Source: a virus
Lineage: Duplodnaviria > Caudoviricetes
Reading direction: 5' to 3' (one strand)
Virus record (IMG/VR): IMGVR_UViG_3300011862_000001
Span: 128,001 to 192,000 of that record
Length of the DNA: 64,000 nucleotides
The notes beneath the pieces are model-generated. The model did no database searches and had not been told where the DNA came from. It worked only from the letters and a program-made list of their open reading frames with translations. Positions within the stretch are counted from its first letter, which is position 1, and each line of letters starts with the position of its first letter. A program made the translations under genes and the position numbers. Below are positions 8,722 through 18,547 of the stretch, piece after piece.

Positions 8722-10839
8722 ATGCAGAGGTTCAATATCTTTAGAGACCAGAACATCGCGCTGGCGAAGTCGTTGATTATTAAATCCGACATCATTGCCC
8801 AACAGATGAATCTGGCCATAACCCAGAAAGGCGGTTATGTGTCGAGTGACCGCAACACATGGCGGTATTACCTGCACCTGGCAGGCAGACGACATGACCT
8901 TGATCAGCCTATCTTAATCACATCGTTAGATACACAAGAGCTTATCGAACTCACAACAGCAAACCTGTCGATTCATAAGAAAACCTCGAACGTGTATCGC
9001 TCCAACACCGAATATATCGACCAGCTAATACTCGCTAATCTGGACTACGCGGTCTATATAAAGGGCTGCTTCTGGCCTATCCCTTTGCGGGTGTCAGTCA
9101 GTGTGCGTGATAACTCGATTTTGTACTACAACCCGACGTTAGTCGAGTCGCAAGAACAGTCACTTATCCGTAATCTGGAGGATAAAATTACTGCCTTCCA
9201 TGTCCGCTATATGGCAGACGGTTGGCGGGTGCACAACGATGCGTTTGTGCTGGCCTTCTATAACATGTTGTATCCTGCGTTACCGGGCATGTTGATGCGC
9301 TTACGCACAGAGAAACAACATACATTAGAAACACATTCGTATTTTGTCACCGAATTCCTGGCCTCCCACCAGGAGCTACATGAGTTCATTCCGTACCTGA
9401 CGCGTAATCAAATGTTTACCGTCTATCGCAATATCCGCTATTGGGAGCGCAACTCCGGCAAGAAGGACATCTTTGACACCATGGTCAATACCTTCTTTAC
9501 TGGCTGGAGTATGCCTGCGGTGGCGTACCGGGTAGGGCAACAGATTCATGACCCGTCCAGTGGTAAAGATGAAGACCTCACCCCGTTACCGGTGGGTTAT
9601 CAAGAAGCGCTTAACTACACCGAGCGTAACTCAGGTCGTGACCTCGATTTGGTGACTACCGCAGACATCATCCAAAAGGAAGTGCGGCTGGCGTATAACA
9701 ACTTCGTTCACCAGGCAGAGTACCAACGCTCGCTCGATACCCGGTTAAGTCTCACCCAGTATCCGAACCTGACCACCAAACTGGTTGAGGTGACAGCGAT
9801 TGACCCGGAAGCGGTGGAACGCTTTGAGTTTACCCACGGGCTATTTAACGAGTGGCTGCATCTGGCGGCTAAAGGGCGTTACAATATCCTGCAAGACTTC
9901 TTGAACCCGACCAACGGGGAAACCATCCGGCTTAACAGCAAGGAGCTGATGGCGCTGTATCTCTACGCAGGCTTTAAAGGCTACTCCGGGATAGCTCTTG
10001 AGAAGATTCCTACCTTTAACGCCTTAGGGGTGCAGATTAAGCGCTGGGTGTCAGTCGGTGAAATGCAACGCTATCTGGTACCAGACAGTTGGGAAGGTCG
10101 CTATGATAAAACCGTCAACTACTTTGCCGATACCCAAGTCGATGTGATTGGGGATGTGCTCAGTAATGATGAGTTTTACGACATGGCGTCCACCATGATT
10201 AACAACAAACGGCGTCGTTGGACGTATGCCTATAACCGTCGCAAGATGAAAGACCGGGCGGCGGCATTGCAACTGTTCGCCTACCACTACCGTGACTACC
10301 GCTGTGATTTAGGGTTGCCTTATGAGAACTACGACGCCTTCTTCCAGGCGCTGGGGTTTGATTATACGATAATCTCTGATGAAACCTGGCAGGATATCGC
10401 CACGGATGCGTTCAATATCGCCACCAACCTGGATAACCGCGCGACCTTGTCGCAATCGGAAATCCAACGGGCGATGGTGAAGCTGATGAGTAAGCTGTCA
10501 TCGTACTCGATTCATTTCGCGGCACGTATGTCTTCAGACACCTATGACACAACCGACCCGATTACGCCGATACTGGGAGACATCTATACATCCGGTGGCA
10601 TGTCGACCACGATTGATGATGCGCACGTTGGGGTGGTGTCGACACAGGTGGCAGCGAAGATGCGCACGGCCACACCGTTGTCCGTGATGCCGACCGTGGT
10701 GGCGATGTCTATGCCACGGCGTTATAAGCTACGCATGAATATCTATCCGGGTATTCAAGTTCGCGTGCACCAGAAGCTGCGTATCGATATTGAGACGAAT
10801 GCCGTGGGGGTTGTTTCGCAAGAAGTAACCAGTAGCTAA
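8722..10839 (+). CDS. virion structural/baseplate protein (phiKZ gp128-like)
   Basis: 705 aa; LAKSLIIKS, TWRYYLHLAG, ITSLDT and YRNIRYWERNSGK motifs typical of this jumbo-phage family; divergent from portal. Confidence 0.7.
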   Translation: MQRFNIFRDQNIALAKSLIIKSDIIAQQMNLAITQKGGYVSSDRNTWRYYLHLAGRRHDLDQPILITSLDTQELIELTTANLSIHKKTSNVYRSNTEYIDQLILANLDYAVYIKGCFWPIPLRVSVSVRDNSILYYNPTLVESQEQSLIRNLEDKITAFHVRYMADGWRVHNDAFVLAFYNMLYPALPGMLMRLRTEKQHTLETHSYFVTEFLASHQELHEFIPYLTRNQMFTVYRNIRYWERNSGKKDIFDTMVNTFFTGWSMPAVAYRVGQQIHDPSSGKDEDLTPLPVGYQEALNYTERNSGRDLDLVTTADIIQKEVRLAYNNFVHQAEYQRSLDTRLSLTQYPNLTTKLVEVTAIDPEAVERFEFTHGLFNEWLHLAAKGRYNILQDFLNPTNGETIRLNSKELMALYLYAGFKGYSGIALEKIPTFNALGVQIKRWVSVGEMQRYLVPDSWEGRYDKTVNYFADTQVDVIGDVLSNDEFYDMASTMINNKRRRWTYAYNRRKMKDRAAALQLFAYHYRDYRCDLGLPYENYDAFFQALGFDYTIISDETWQDIATDAFNIATNLDNRATLSQSEIQRAMVKLMSKLSSYSIHFAARMSSDTYDTTDPITPILGDIYTSGGMSTTIDDAHVGVVSTQVAAKMRTATPLSVMPTVVAMSMPRRYKLRMNIYPGIQVRVHQKLRIDIETNAVGVVSQEVTSS

Positions 10840-10886
10840 ACCGCCAAGTGGGCAGACCGTGCCCACTGTAACCATGTGAGAAATGT

Positions 10887-11408
10887 ATGACGTACCGTGT
10901 AGACTTATCAAAACCCGCCGCTGAGGTGCTGTTAAACCGTATCAACTACGTCTTTGGTACTTCTTATAGACCAGACCAGATTGAGTTTAACCAACGCGGC
11001 GCGTGGCCCCTTACTTCCAGCGAACAGCGGGCGAAAGGCGTGGAATCAAAGATTGCCGCCCAGTTCAAAAACGGGGTCTACGGAACGCGTGAGTTTTACA
11101 TGACTCGCGCAGATTTAACAGAATTGCTTCATGATGTGGTGGTTGAAGTTCCACAGAACGCCGTCACATGGAGCCATTATCTGGTGCCGTATATTACCGA
11201 AGCGCTCGGTCTTCAGTTAGAGAGTATGGATTTGTGGGTGGAGCCGGTAGACAGTAGTGCGGGTACTTACTTAGCACGCATTGCCCCACACCATCCCGCC
11301 TTTAAAGGCTCGATTGCAATCGAGTTTATTAACCCACAACCCCGCCGTCTGGCAGAGCTGCTTACGCTGCGCAACCTTGATGGATTCAGATTCGGAGAAT
11401 TTCTATAA
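10887..11408 (+). CDS. virion protein of the phiKZ gp130-like tail paralog family
   Basis: N-terminus xxKPAAEVLLNRIN; Y/F-x-R-x-DL motif; C-terminal LDGF; resembles genes at 42-56 kb. Confidence 0.6.
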   Translation: MTYRVDLSKPAAEVLLNRINYVFGTSYRPDQIEFNQRGAWPLTSSEQRAKGVESKIAAQFKNGVYGTREFYMTRADLTELLHDVVVEVPQNAVTWSHYLVPYITEALGLQLESMDLWVEPVDSSAGTYLARIAPHHPAFKGSIAIEFINPQPRRLAELLTLRNLDGFRFGEFL

Positions 11409-12295
11409 TGTCAAACAGTAAAACCTACGACGGCAAACTCTCAACCGCCACACTGAGCGCGATGCGCCTGTCGGCTGCGTTGATTACCGGCGCAGATATC
11501 CAGTATCCGCAGAACTCGACGTTGAATGAGTTCTACAAGTTAATGACCGCGCGTATCCCTGACCCGAAAGCCCGCCCGACTTTGAAGTACATGGCGCTCG
11601 GTTATAAAGGCCACCGGGTAGAAAACGACGGGGAAATTGATGACGTGGTGCCGGTGGGTAAGCGTCAGACCACCTCCGGGATGTTCAGTGAAGTGCCGTG
11701 GGTATTGCGCCCGCTCGATAACGACCTCAGTGACGAGCAGCGTAAGAACTACCGCTTTCGTACCCAGGTGAAAATAAATGGCCGTGATTACTGGGCCTAT
11801 TACCTGCGTGTGCTCGATATGCGCACGATTGCAACCAGCGATGTGGAAACGATTCGTGAGAACGGCGTGCCGCGTATGGGTGACTTCGTGTATACCGACG
11901 CTGAGCTGCATCCGGTTCCGGCTACTTTGCCTGACTACGATTACGATGATGACGACACGGTAGAAATGCCAGACGGTCGTTACGTCGAATCCGGTGTGGA
12001 TTTACAAATCGTCTGGAACGACTTTGACGTGCAGGAATACCTGAACGTGATTTCCATTATGCGTGGTAACCCGAACCGTGCAGTGATTTCTGAAATCGCC
12101 CTGTGTTCTGGTCTCGACGTACCGGAAACAGGAAAGTCGGCCACCGGTTCTCCGTTTAGCTACACCGAAGCGATTGGCGTGCAAGCGCTGTATCACATCT
12201 CGATGTATGCGAACCTCGCCCAGACTAACGAAAACCTGGCGCTGACCGTGCGTATTGGTCAACCGGCACCGTTCTTCTTAGGGGATGCATCATAA
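11408..12295 (+). CDS. virion structural protein (phiKZ gp139-like)
   Basis: NSTLNE, PWVLRPLDNDLS, YWAYYLR and AVISEIALCSG motifs; synteny. Confidence 0.65.
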   Translation: MSNSKTYDGKLSTATLSAMRLSAALITGADIQYPQNSTLNEFYKLMTARIPDPKARPTLKYMALGYKGHRVENDGEIDDVVPVGKRQTTSGMFSEVPWVLRPLDNDLSDEQRKNYRFRTQVKINGRDYWAYYLRVLDMRTIATSDVETIRENGVPRMGDFVYTDAELHPVPATLPDYDYDDDDTVEMPDGRYVESGVDLQIVWNDFDVQEYLNVISIMRGNPNRAVISEIALCSGLDVPETGKSATGSPFSYTEAIGVQALYHISMYANLAQTNENLALTVRIGQPAPFFLGDAS

Positions 12296-12945
12296 TGCAA
12301 ATCCCTGAACCGCGATTGCCGGAGAAGATGGTGCGCATTGCAGCTGTTGACCCCGGCACCAGTCACTTAGGGCTCGCGGTTCTCGATTGGGAATTCGGTA
12401 CGGAAATGGCAGAGGTGGTGTGGGCAGATACCGTTCACGCAAAAGACCCGACGCATGATACCCCCTATGGGGAATACGTGGGGAGACGTGATGCCCGCTT
12501 GGCTTATCTGGAAGAACAGTGGGAATTGTTCTTACGGATGGCTAACGCCACCTTCCATGCAACCGAAACTCCATTCATGAAACGTGCGAAGCTTTCGGCC
12601 TATGAATCGGGTGTCGAACTGCAACTGATGTTACGTCGCACCTTGTGGCGCGTCCATCCAGGCAAAGTGCTCCATGGTTTTAACCCCATTATTGTGAAAT
12701 CCTTTGTGGGTGTGGAAGCCAAAGGGACAGATAAATCGCACATGGCAGCGGCTGTCCAGAAGCTCTACTGCAACCACACACAGATTGACCTTAGCGCCCT
12801 TGACGAACACAGTATCGACGGGATAGCGGTAGGGAACATCTTTGTGCGGGTCTCACTACTCAATCTCAATAGTCTGTTGCCGCCACGGGAGAAAAAACCC
12901 AAGCCGGGCAAGTCTCGCCGTCGTCACAGACGTAACCGGGGCTAA
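12295..12945 (+). CDS. ruvC: RuvC-like Holliday junction resolvase
   Basis: RNase H-fold acidic motifs IAAVDPGTSHLG, ATETPF, DEHSIDGIAVG; basic tail. Confidence 0.8.
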   Translation: MQIPEPRLPEKMVRIAAVDPGTSHLGLAVLDWEFGTEMAEVVWADTVHAKDPTHDTPYGEYVGRRDARLAYLEEQWELFLRMANATFHATETPFMKRAKLSAYESGVELQLMLRRTLWRVHPGKVLHGFNPIIVKSFVGVEAKGTDKSHMAAAVQKLYCNHTQIDLSALDEHSIDGIAVGNIFVRVSLLNLNSLLPPREKKPKPGKSRRRHRRNRG

Positions 12946-12949
12946 AACT

Positions 12950-13525
12950 ATGTCACAAAGTTTGCAGGACGCCACTTCGACCGTGTTGGACGTACTCATC
13001 AAGGCCGGCAGTAACACGCTGACCGCTGAAGATGCGCAACAGCTCAAAGAAGCCGCGGTAGTTGCTGTGGGGTCATCTGATCTCATTGACGTGACAAAAC
13101 CCGCTAACATTATCCTGGCCACCTTGCGCCCGATGCTGATTCAGCAAATCGGTACGCTCGGTAAGACCATGGAGAAGTTAGCTATCGACTCCATCGAAGG
13201 GATGGATGCGAAATACGGTAAAGAAACCATCATGACCCTCTGGCCTTCCCTGTCATTACCTGTCAAAGCCATCATTGTGCTTTTGGCATTAGCGACAGCG
13301 GGTGGCGACATCTACATGACCCACGACTTTGTTCAGCGTGAGGTGGTGGAGTTGTTTGATGCGGTCACGGTGGCAGTGGTACCGCTCTTCGCATTGTTTA
13401 TCTTTGCAACTGTGCCCATTAAGACGCTGGCGTATACGTCATTAAGCGTTGGGGCCAAGGTAGTAGAGGCGAGACTCCAGAAGTCCACCGCATCGAAACC
13501 ATCGGGCGATGCTTCGTCCAAATAA
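12950..13525 (+). CDS. membrane protein with two predicted TM helices
   Basis: Hydrophobic segments LPVKAIIVLLALATAG and AVTVAVVPLFALFIFATVPI; start taken at MSQSLQ, after the ruvC stop. Confidence 0.7.
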   Translation: MSQSLQDATSTVLDVLIKAGSNTLTAEDAQQLKEAAVVAVGSSDLIDVTKPANIILATLRPMLIQQIGTLGKTMEKLAIDSIEGMDAKYGKETIMTLWPSLSLPVKAIIVLLALATAGGDIYMTHDFVQREVVELFDAVTVAVVPLFALFIFATVPIKTLAYTSLSVGAKVVEARLQKSTASKPSGDASSK

Positions 13526-13528
13526 GCG

Positions 13529-13565
13529 TGCTCGCTCCTTCGGGAGCGAGTATTTTTATTTTTTG
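13529..13565 (+). terminator. intrinsic terminator
   Basis: CTCGCTCC-TTCG-GGAGCGAG plus T-tract. Confidence 0.85.
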
Positions 13566-13571
13566 CCTAAT

Positions 13572-13593
13572 TACAGTATTTCAACATTATGTG
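13572..13593 (+). promoter_or_regulatory. TAC-N15-TRTG candidate promoter
   Basis: TAC 13572-74 and TATGTG 13588-93, just after the terminator. Confidence 0.5.
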
Positions 13594-13616
13594 TGGACCT
13601 TACCAGGATGAACATC

Positions 13617-14219
13617 ATGAAAACCCAGACGAGAACCCGCACCCTACTGTTGGAAGCAGGCAGCGTACTGTCGGCGATTCCCAACGGTGAAAAACGGGTC
13701 TTTACCCATCAAGAACGTATACTGATAGCCGGATTAGTGTTGGATGAAATCACCTTCACGTTGTGGTCAACGGTGTCATGGTTTCACAGCATGAAACATC
13801 CACCCTACCAGGGGATGGCCTTTGTCAAGTTAAAAGAGTTATTGCCTCGTCCTCCATCGGATGATGACCTGCGTGCCATTATCGCGCTGCTCACCCGTAA
13901 ATGGACGGTGCTGTTTGCCCGCCACGGTTTGCCGTACACCTTAAAGGGTGACGACATCTTACCGACGGACTTCTATGACGACAACCCGCCCCGGGTGTTC
14001 GACCATGGCGTTCGTTACCACTGGCACAAGGATTACCTGCAAGCCACTTGGCTGCGTCCGGTGATTGACTTCCAGGAGATGTCGGTCACAAGCTTTATGC
14101 GCCGCATTGCCCACAACAACCCCAAAGCCGGGTTAAAGCCCGACCAGGTGTTCGATAACCTTCAGTCGGTACCGTTGTGCGCGTTCCTTACTACGCGTTA
14201 CCAAGTCGAAGTTTTTTAG
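13617..14219 (+). CDS. hypothetical protein
   Basis: Start chosen by the AGGA RBS; the upstream ORF extension overlaps the terminator. Confidence 0.7.
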   Translation: MKTQTRTRTLLLEAGSVLSAIPNGEKRVFTHQERILIAGLVLDEITFTLWSTVSWFHSMKHPPYQGMAFVKLKELLPRPPSDDDLRAIIALLTRKWTVLFARHGLPYTLKGDDILPTDFYDDNPPRVFDHGVRYHWHKDYLQATWLRPVIDFQEMSVTSFMRRIAHNNPKAGLKPDQVFDNLQSVPLCAFLTTRYQVEVF

Positions 14220-14228
14220 GAGTAGAGT

Positions 14229-14708
14229 ATGTTAGTTATCACTGTCCCGCTTGATAAAATCTCCGGTACCACCTTTCCTGGTCTACGCAGCTGGCTGGAA
14301 GAGTTAAACAGCATCCGTGAAACGCCGGTCAACGTTGTGATGGCGGTAGAAGATGATAACGTCATGGGCGTTATGGTCTATGAACCGGGTAACCTTATCT
14401 ATCTGTTCGTCCCTCAGGCTGTCCGTCGCTGTGGCGTTGGGCGCTTTTTGGTGAACTACCTGGCTCAACAGTCTGAGCGTAAACAGGTGGCCTGTCGGGT
14501 GTCCCCAGACGCCGTAGAAGCCATATGTTTCTTTCACCAACTGGGCTGGCAGATAGAACGCTGGTATATTGGCCTTGACAATCGACGCTACTTTCGTATG
14601 ACGAACAGTACACCGCATTCGTCACATACTCCATCGGAGGAAAACCACTTGGCACAGTTCGCTGCTAACGTGCCAATCTTTCTCTCGATGGCGGGAGGTA
14701 TATCTTAG
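14229..14708 (+). CDS. GNAT family acetyltransferase
   Basis: Motif A LFVPQAVRRCGVGRFLV; motif B AICFFHQLGW. Confidence 0.85.
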   Translation: MLVITVPLDKISGTTFPGLRSWLEELNSIRETPVNVVMAVEDDNVMGVMVYEPGNLIYLFVPQAVRRCGVGRFLVNYLAQQSERKQVACRVSPDAVEAICFFHQLGWQIERWYIGLDNRRYFRMTNSTPHSSHTPSEENHLAQFAANVPIFLSMAGGIS

Positions 14709-14723
14709 TCGCGAGAGTACAAC

Positions 14724-15209
14724 ATGATACGTGTTACCTACGAAACACGAAACCTGGAGGATCTTCAGGCACGGCCAGTGGAATGTACCGAGATTGTACC
14801 CGGCGCAGTGTTAAACCTCGCACGTTCTACGTTGCGAGGTGTACCGGTTAAGATACTCAGTCATGAGCCTTGGCGCGAAGCTAAAACTATAAAGACAACC
14901 CCGGCTGTAAAGCCCCGTAACAGAAAGAACTATGCGGCACTAAAACATCGCTTGGTGCGGCATTTCCGACGCAGTGCCTGGAAAGCACTGGTCGTGATGG
15001 TTATCGATGATTTCATTCGTGAGTTAGAATGGGAAGAGGTCTTGAAAGAAGCGGGCTACCGTACAAAACCTTTCACTTATCATTGGCATCACTTTAAAAG
15101 TCAGTTCATTGACGCTTTACACTGGTCACCTGCAACACAAAAGATGCTACCAAGGCTGGAGCAACAGGAGTGGCTTCTCCCTTATTTGGATGAGGATAAA
15201 AAGTTATGA
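14724..15209 (+). CDS. hypothetical protein
   Basis: 161-aa ORF within the operon. Confidence 0.65.
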   Translation: MIRVTYETRNLEDLQARPVECTEIVPGAVLNLARSTLRGVPVKILSHEPWREAKTIKTTPAVKPRNRKNYAALKHRLVRHFRRSAWKALVVMVIDDFIRELEWEEVLKEAGYRTKPFTYHWHHFKSQFIDALHWSPATQKMLPRLEQQEWLLPYLDEDKKL

Positions 15210-15595
15210 CCCGTTTCCTTTTCGCCATTGCATTGTTGGCGATGACGTTTTCAGTTTCCGCGAAGTTCGACCCCAGTCAGATGGTGGGCTTTACACCGTC
15301 TAATCCGGGCGACGTTCGTGTTAAATTCAGTAAAGCCGATAATCCCAAAGTGGTTGCTGAACACGGTGGGTTTGCGGTGGTGAACTTCGGCCGTGAAGAC
15401 AAGTGTCCGAGCGGCGGCTTTTACCTGGTCAATCTGACGCGCCAAACCTACCAGTTTATTGATGCTGGCAGTTGCGCGAAGAATCTGAGCGTTACGCTAA
15501 TCGACCCGATGTACAATCAATCGGTCGTGACCCAAATACTTACCTTCTATATTGGTGAGCTTATCACAGCGCGTTATCCGCTGTATGGGTACTGA
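15206..15595 (+). CDS. secreted/periplasmic protein
   Basis: Sec signal peptide MTRFLFAIALLAMTFSVSA; two Cys. Confidence 0.75.
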   Translation: MTRFLFAIALLAMTFSVSAKFDPSQMVGFTPSNPGDVRVKFSKADNPKVVAEHGGFAVVNFGREDKCPSGGFYLVNLTRQTYQFIDAGSCAKNLSVTLIDPMYNQSVVTQILTFYIGELITARYPLYGY

Positions 15596-15600
15596 TATGC

Positions 15601-15638
15601 CCCTCTCCCCACTCGGGAGAGGGTACTCTTATTTTTTT
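15601..15638 (+). terminator. intrinsic terminator
   Basis: CCCTCTCCC-CACTC-GGGAGAGGG plus T-tract. Confidence 0.75.
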
Positions 15639-15671
15639 CGTATCGGCTCAGTGCTATAGGAGGATTGGACG

Positions 15672-16283
15672 ATGAAAAAACTGTATCGTTTAGCAGTGAT
15701 TGGTTCGCGTAAAACAGACCAGGCGACCATGCATGAAATGTACATGGTGTTACTGCGTGGCTTGAATATGTTAGGGCGACGGGGGTATGAGTTTCTCTGG
15801 ACGTCCGGAGGTTGCTGGGAAGGGCCTGACCAGCTCCAGTTTGAAATGGCCCGTCAGTGGCGTAACACGGTCGTGATTGGCCCGCAGGGCAAACCGATGG
15901 ATGCCAAACCCGACGGTCAATTCGTCTGCTATCTGCCGGATGATAAAAAGCGGGCGATGCTCTCGCGGTTACACCCCAACGTAGAGTTCCGTATAATCGC
16001 TCAGGACGAACGCTACCGTGAGATAGTAGGTAACCTTCACCCCGCGCCAGATAAGCTCCAGGAGTTCGCCTGGGCGCTTCACGGACGCAATTTGAATATC
16101 ATTATGGGTGACCAACTGGATACCCCGGTGGATGCAGTGTATTACTCTGCCCCACTGAACAAACACGGCGAACCTACCGGCGGTACCGCAATGGGGGTGA
16201 AGTACGCCAAACAATGTGGCATCCCGTGTTACAATCATGTTAACGATGCCCGGACCTGGCTGGAGTCACTGCGTTTATTATGA
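15672..16283 (+). CDS. SLOG (DprA/Smf-like Rossmann) nucleotide-binding protein
   Basis: AVIGSRK, TSGGCWEGPD, LHGRN and GGTAMGVKYAKQCGIPCYN motifs. Confidence 0.75.
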   Translation: MKKLYRLAVIGSRKTDQATMHEMYMVLLRGLNMLGRRGYEFLWTSGGCWEGPDQLQFEMARQWRNTVVIGPQGKPMDAKPDGQFVCYLPDDKKRAMLSRLHPNVEFRIIAQDERYREIVGNLHPAPDKLQEFAWALHGRNLNIIMGDQLDTPVDAVYYSAPLNKHGEPTGGTAMGVKYAKQCGIPCYNHVNDARTWLESLRLL

Positions 16284-16310
16284 CCTGGCCACCATTTACC
16301 GGAGTACGCT

Positions 16311-16580
16311 ATGAAACAAAAACCCCTGCTGGTTCGCCTTTTTGACGTATTGTTTCCCGAGGAAGTGAAGACCGGGTTACCTTCCGTTTGTTCCTTCCCA
16401 GGCACGGAAGAAGACTTCTGGGACTATCTCGATATACACTATCCGAAATGGACACCGGTGTATCCGATGGACGAAAGCAAAGCGCGTGTGGTCCACTATC
16501 ACAATGCAGAAGGCACCCTGGTGGCTATCTGTGTGCGTTGGCCACAACGTAACTATTACTACACGGTTTCCGTGGACTGA
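16311..16580 (+). CDS. hypothetical protein
   Basis: 89 aa; GGAG RBS. Confidence 0.65.
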   Translation: MKQKPLLVRLFDVLFPEEVKTGLPSVCSFPGTEEDFWDYLDIHYPKWTPVYPMDESKARVVHYHNAEGTLVAICVRWPQRNYYYTVSVD

Positions 16581-16588
16581 GGGACGAT

Positions 16589-16903
16589 ATGGCCAGACGT
16601 GTAAAACTGAGCGAAACAGCGGTCGCGTTTGTGTGCCCGGGATGCGGCCGTACGCACGTTATCCCGGTCAACGAAACAGCGCGTCCGCGTTGGGACTGGA
16701 ACGGACAAGTCGATGCGGTGACGTTAACGCCGAGTATTCTGGCGACCTGGAATGAACCCAGTGACGACCCAGAACTGTTTGACGACCCCGCGCACGACCA
16801 ACGACACATTTGTCATTCTTACGTCCGTGACGGCTATATTGAATTCCTGGCGGATTGCAGCCATAGCTTGTCTGGACAAACGGTACAGCTGACGGCGTTT
16901 TAA
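16589..16903 (+). CDS. DUF6527-like Zn-binding protein
   Basis: CPGCGRTH..WDWNG..TLTPSI..CHSYVRDGYIEFLADCSH. Confidence 0.75.
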   Translation: MARRVKLSETAVAFVCPGCGRTHVIPVNETARPRWDWNGQVDAVTLTPSILATWNEPSDDPELFDDPAHDQRHICHSYVRDGYIEFLADCSHSLSGQTVQLTAF

Positions 16904-16912
16904 GGGGTTATC

Positions 16913-18067
16913 ATGTCTGCTGATTTTGATTTTGACACACTGTGGGAGGACTACGACACGGTCGTGGCGTTAGAATCCCGTGGGGCGGGGATGGACAATC
17001 CCATGATGCGTGCGATTGCGCAGCGTTGGTGCCTGCTAGACGAAATGGAACAGCAGGTAGCCCATGAGTCCAGAGCCATGATGGAACGTGCCCAAATCGT
17101 GGCTGACGGTGCAGCCGATGGTCGTATTGCCAAGAAGATTGCCAAAGATGCTGCCCGGGCAACCGGGCGTGTCGTGGGGGCGACTGCCAAGCTTGCCGGT
17201 AAAGGGGCCGCGAAAGCAGGCCGTGCTGCGGGACGGGGTGCGGGTAAACTCTCTGTGGCGTTAGGCAACAAGTTTAAAGAATGGGCAGCGCACTACGGCC
17301 CTATTTTTAAAGAGAAGCTCGCCGACATGACCTCGAAAGCCACGCTACTGGAAAACCGTCGTCAGAAAGTCGAAAAGCATCTACAAGCGAAAGACACGCT
17401 TTCCACTGCGCCGTTAACAGCGGGGATGTGGGTGTCGAAAATCTGCTTTGAGGACAAGGTCAGCCTCGAAGAGTGCTTAAAGCTTGCGAGCCAAAGCCAA
17501 GCCATGGATGCAGCGGTGAAGCAGTATACCGTGAACGTGCGTCAGTTCGAAGGGTTGTTGGTGCATCGTTACAAAAACGAAGACGGGGTACTCAGCAAAA
17601 TCGGTTATCCGTCTAACGCTGCCATTCATCGTGCGTCTGGGATACTCGGCCGCTTTACGGAAAAAGACGTTCAAGCCCGTCCGCTTGCTGGTAACGTGAT
17701 TATCGTTAACCACGGGCGTGCACCGAAAGAGAAGGTTGAGTTTGCGGTCGCCCGTGAAGCGAAGCTTTCTAATGAGCTTGAGCCACTGAACAAAGCAGAA
17801 TGCCAGAAAGCGTTGGGTGCGGTAAAAACCATCGCGGCTACACTGCGTGACCGGGGCGTCAAACGGGGTGTCTTCAGCTACAGCGGTATTTACGCTGAGA
17901 TGGAACAGATGCAACAGCAGATGGAAAGTCTCGAAGGCGAAGAACTGCGCTCGGCGATGTTGTATTACAAAAATGCCATGGCGCTGGAAGATGCGTTCAC
18001 AACTGCCTTAGCCCGTGTGGGTGACGGTCTGTTGAACTGGGTGACGGCCAGCGTCAAAGCGGGGTAA
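16913..18067 (+). CDS. putative internal head protein with protease-processed propeptide
   Basis: Acidic N-terminus with AxE sites (VALE/S, AHE/S) as cleaved by the phiKZ/SPN3US head protease, then an Ala/Lys-rich helix. Confidence 0.6.
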   Translation: MSADFDFDTLWEDYDTVVALESRGAGMDNPMMRAIAQRWCLLDEMEQQVAHESRAMMERAQIVADGAADGRIAKKIAKDAARATGRVVGATAKLAGKGAAKAGRAAGRGAGKLSVALGNKFKEWAAHYGPIFKEKLADMTSKATLLENRRQKVEKHLQAKDTLSTAPLTAGMWVSKICFEDKVSLEECLKLASQSQAMDAAVKQYTVNVRQFEGLLVHRYKNEDGVLSKIGYPSNAAIHRASGILGRFTEKDVQARPLAGNVIIVNHGRAPKEKVEFAVAREAKLSNELEPLNKAECQKALGAVKTIAATLRDRGVKRGVFSYSGIYAEMEQMQQQMESLEGEELRSAMLYYKNAMALEDAFTTALARVGDGLLNWVTASVKAG

Positions 18068-18070
18068 TTG

Positions 18071-18538
18071 ATGAAAATCATACTCATTCTTAAACTTAGC
18101 TCACGCTATGGCAGGACGTACCACGATGAGCTAACCCGTCTGCACAATGCACTGTACGCCGACCAAAGCATCAAGTTGTCTGAACTCAACGGGCGGGAAG
18201 GTTTTAAGCCCATTGGTTCGGTGGAGGAGGTTTGGTCACCGGGTACCATGATGGCGCTGGCCATCACGGACGAGGGCGAGGCAGTCGGTTTTTTAAGTTT
18301 TTCCATGAGTGGCAAAAACGCCACACGGTGGTTATGGATTCACAACTTCTTCGTTGACCCCGCTATGCGCGGGAAAGGCGTCGGGAACATGTTGATGCGC
18401 ACGGTGAAGGATTACGGGAAATCGAAAGGCTGCTCATTTATGCAGCTGACGGTACTCGATAATAACTCACCGGCGATTGCCATGTACCAGAAGTTTGGCT
18501 TCCGAACCGAGATGCAAGACATGGTCTCTGAAATTTGA
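18071..18538 (+). CDS. GNAT family acetyltransferase
   Basis: FFVDPAMRGKGVGNMLM; VLDNNSPAIAMYQKFGF. Confidence 0.9.
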   Translation: MKIILILKLSSRYGRTYHDELTRLHNALYADQSIKLSELNGREGFKPIGSVEEVWSPGTMMALAITDEGEAVGFLSFSMSGKNATRWLWIHNFFVDPAMRGKGVGNMLMRTVKDYGKSKGCSFMQLTVLDNNSPAIAMYQKFGFRTEMQDMVSEI

Positions 18539-18547
18539 GGATAAGCT

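Noticed and set aside
8707-8895. N-terminal extension of the 997-aa minus ORF
   Set aside because: Overlaps the gp128-like gene; the ATG at 8706 has a GGAG RBS
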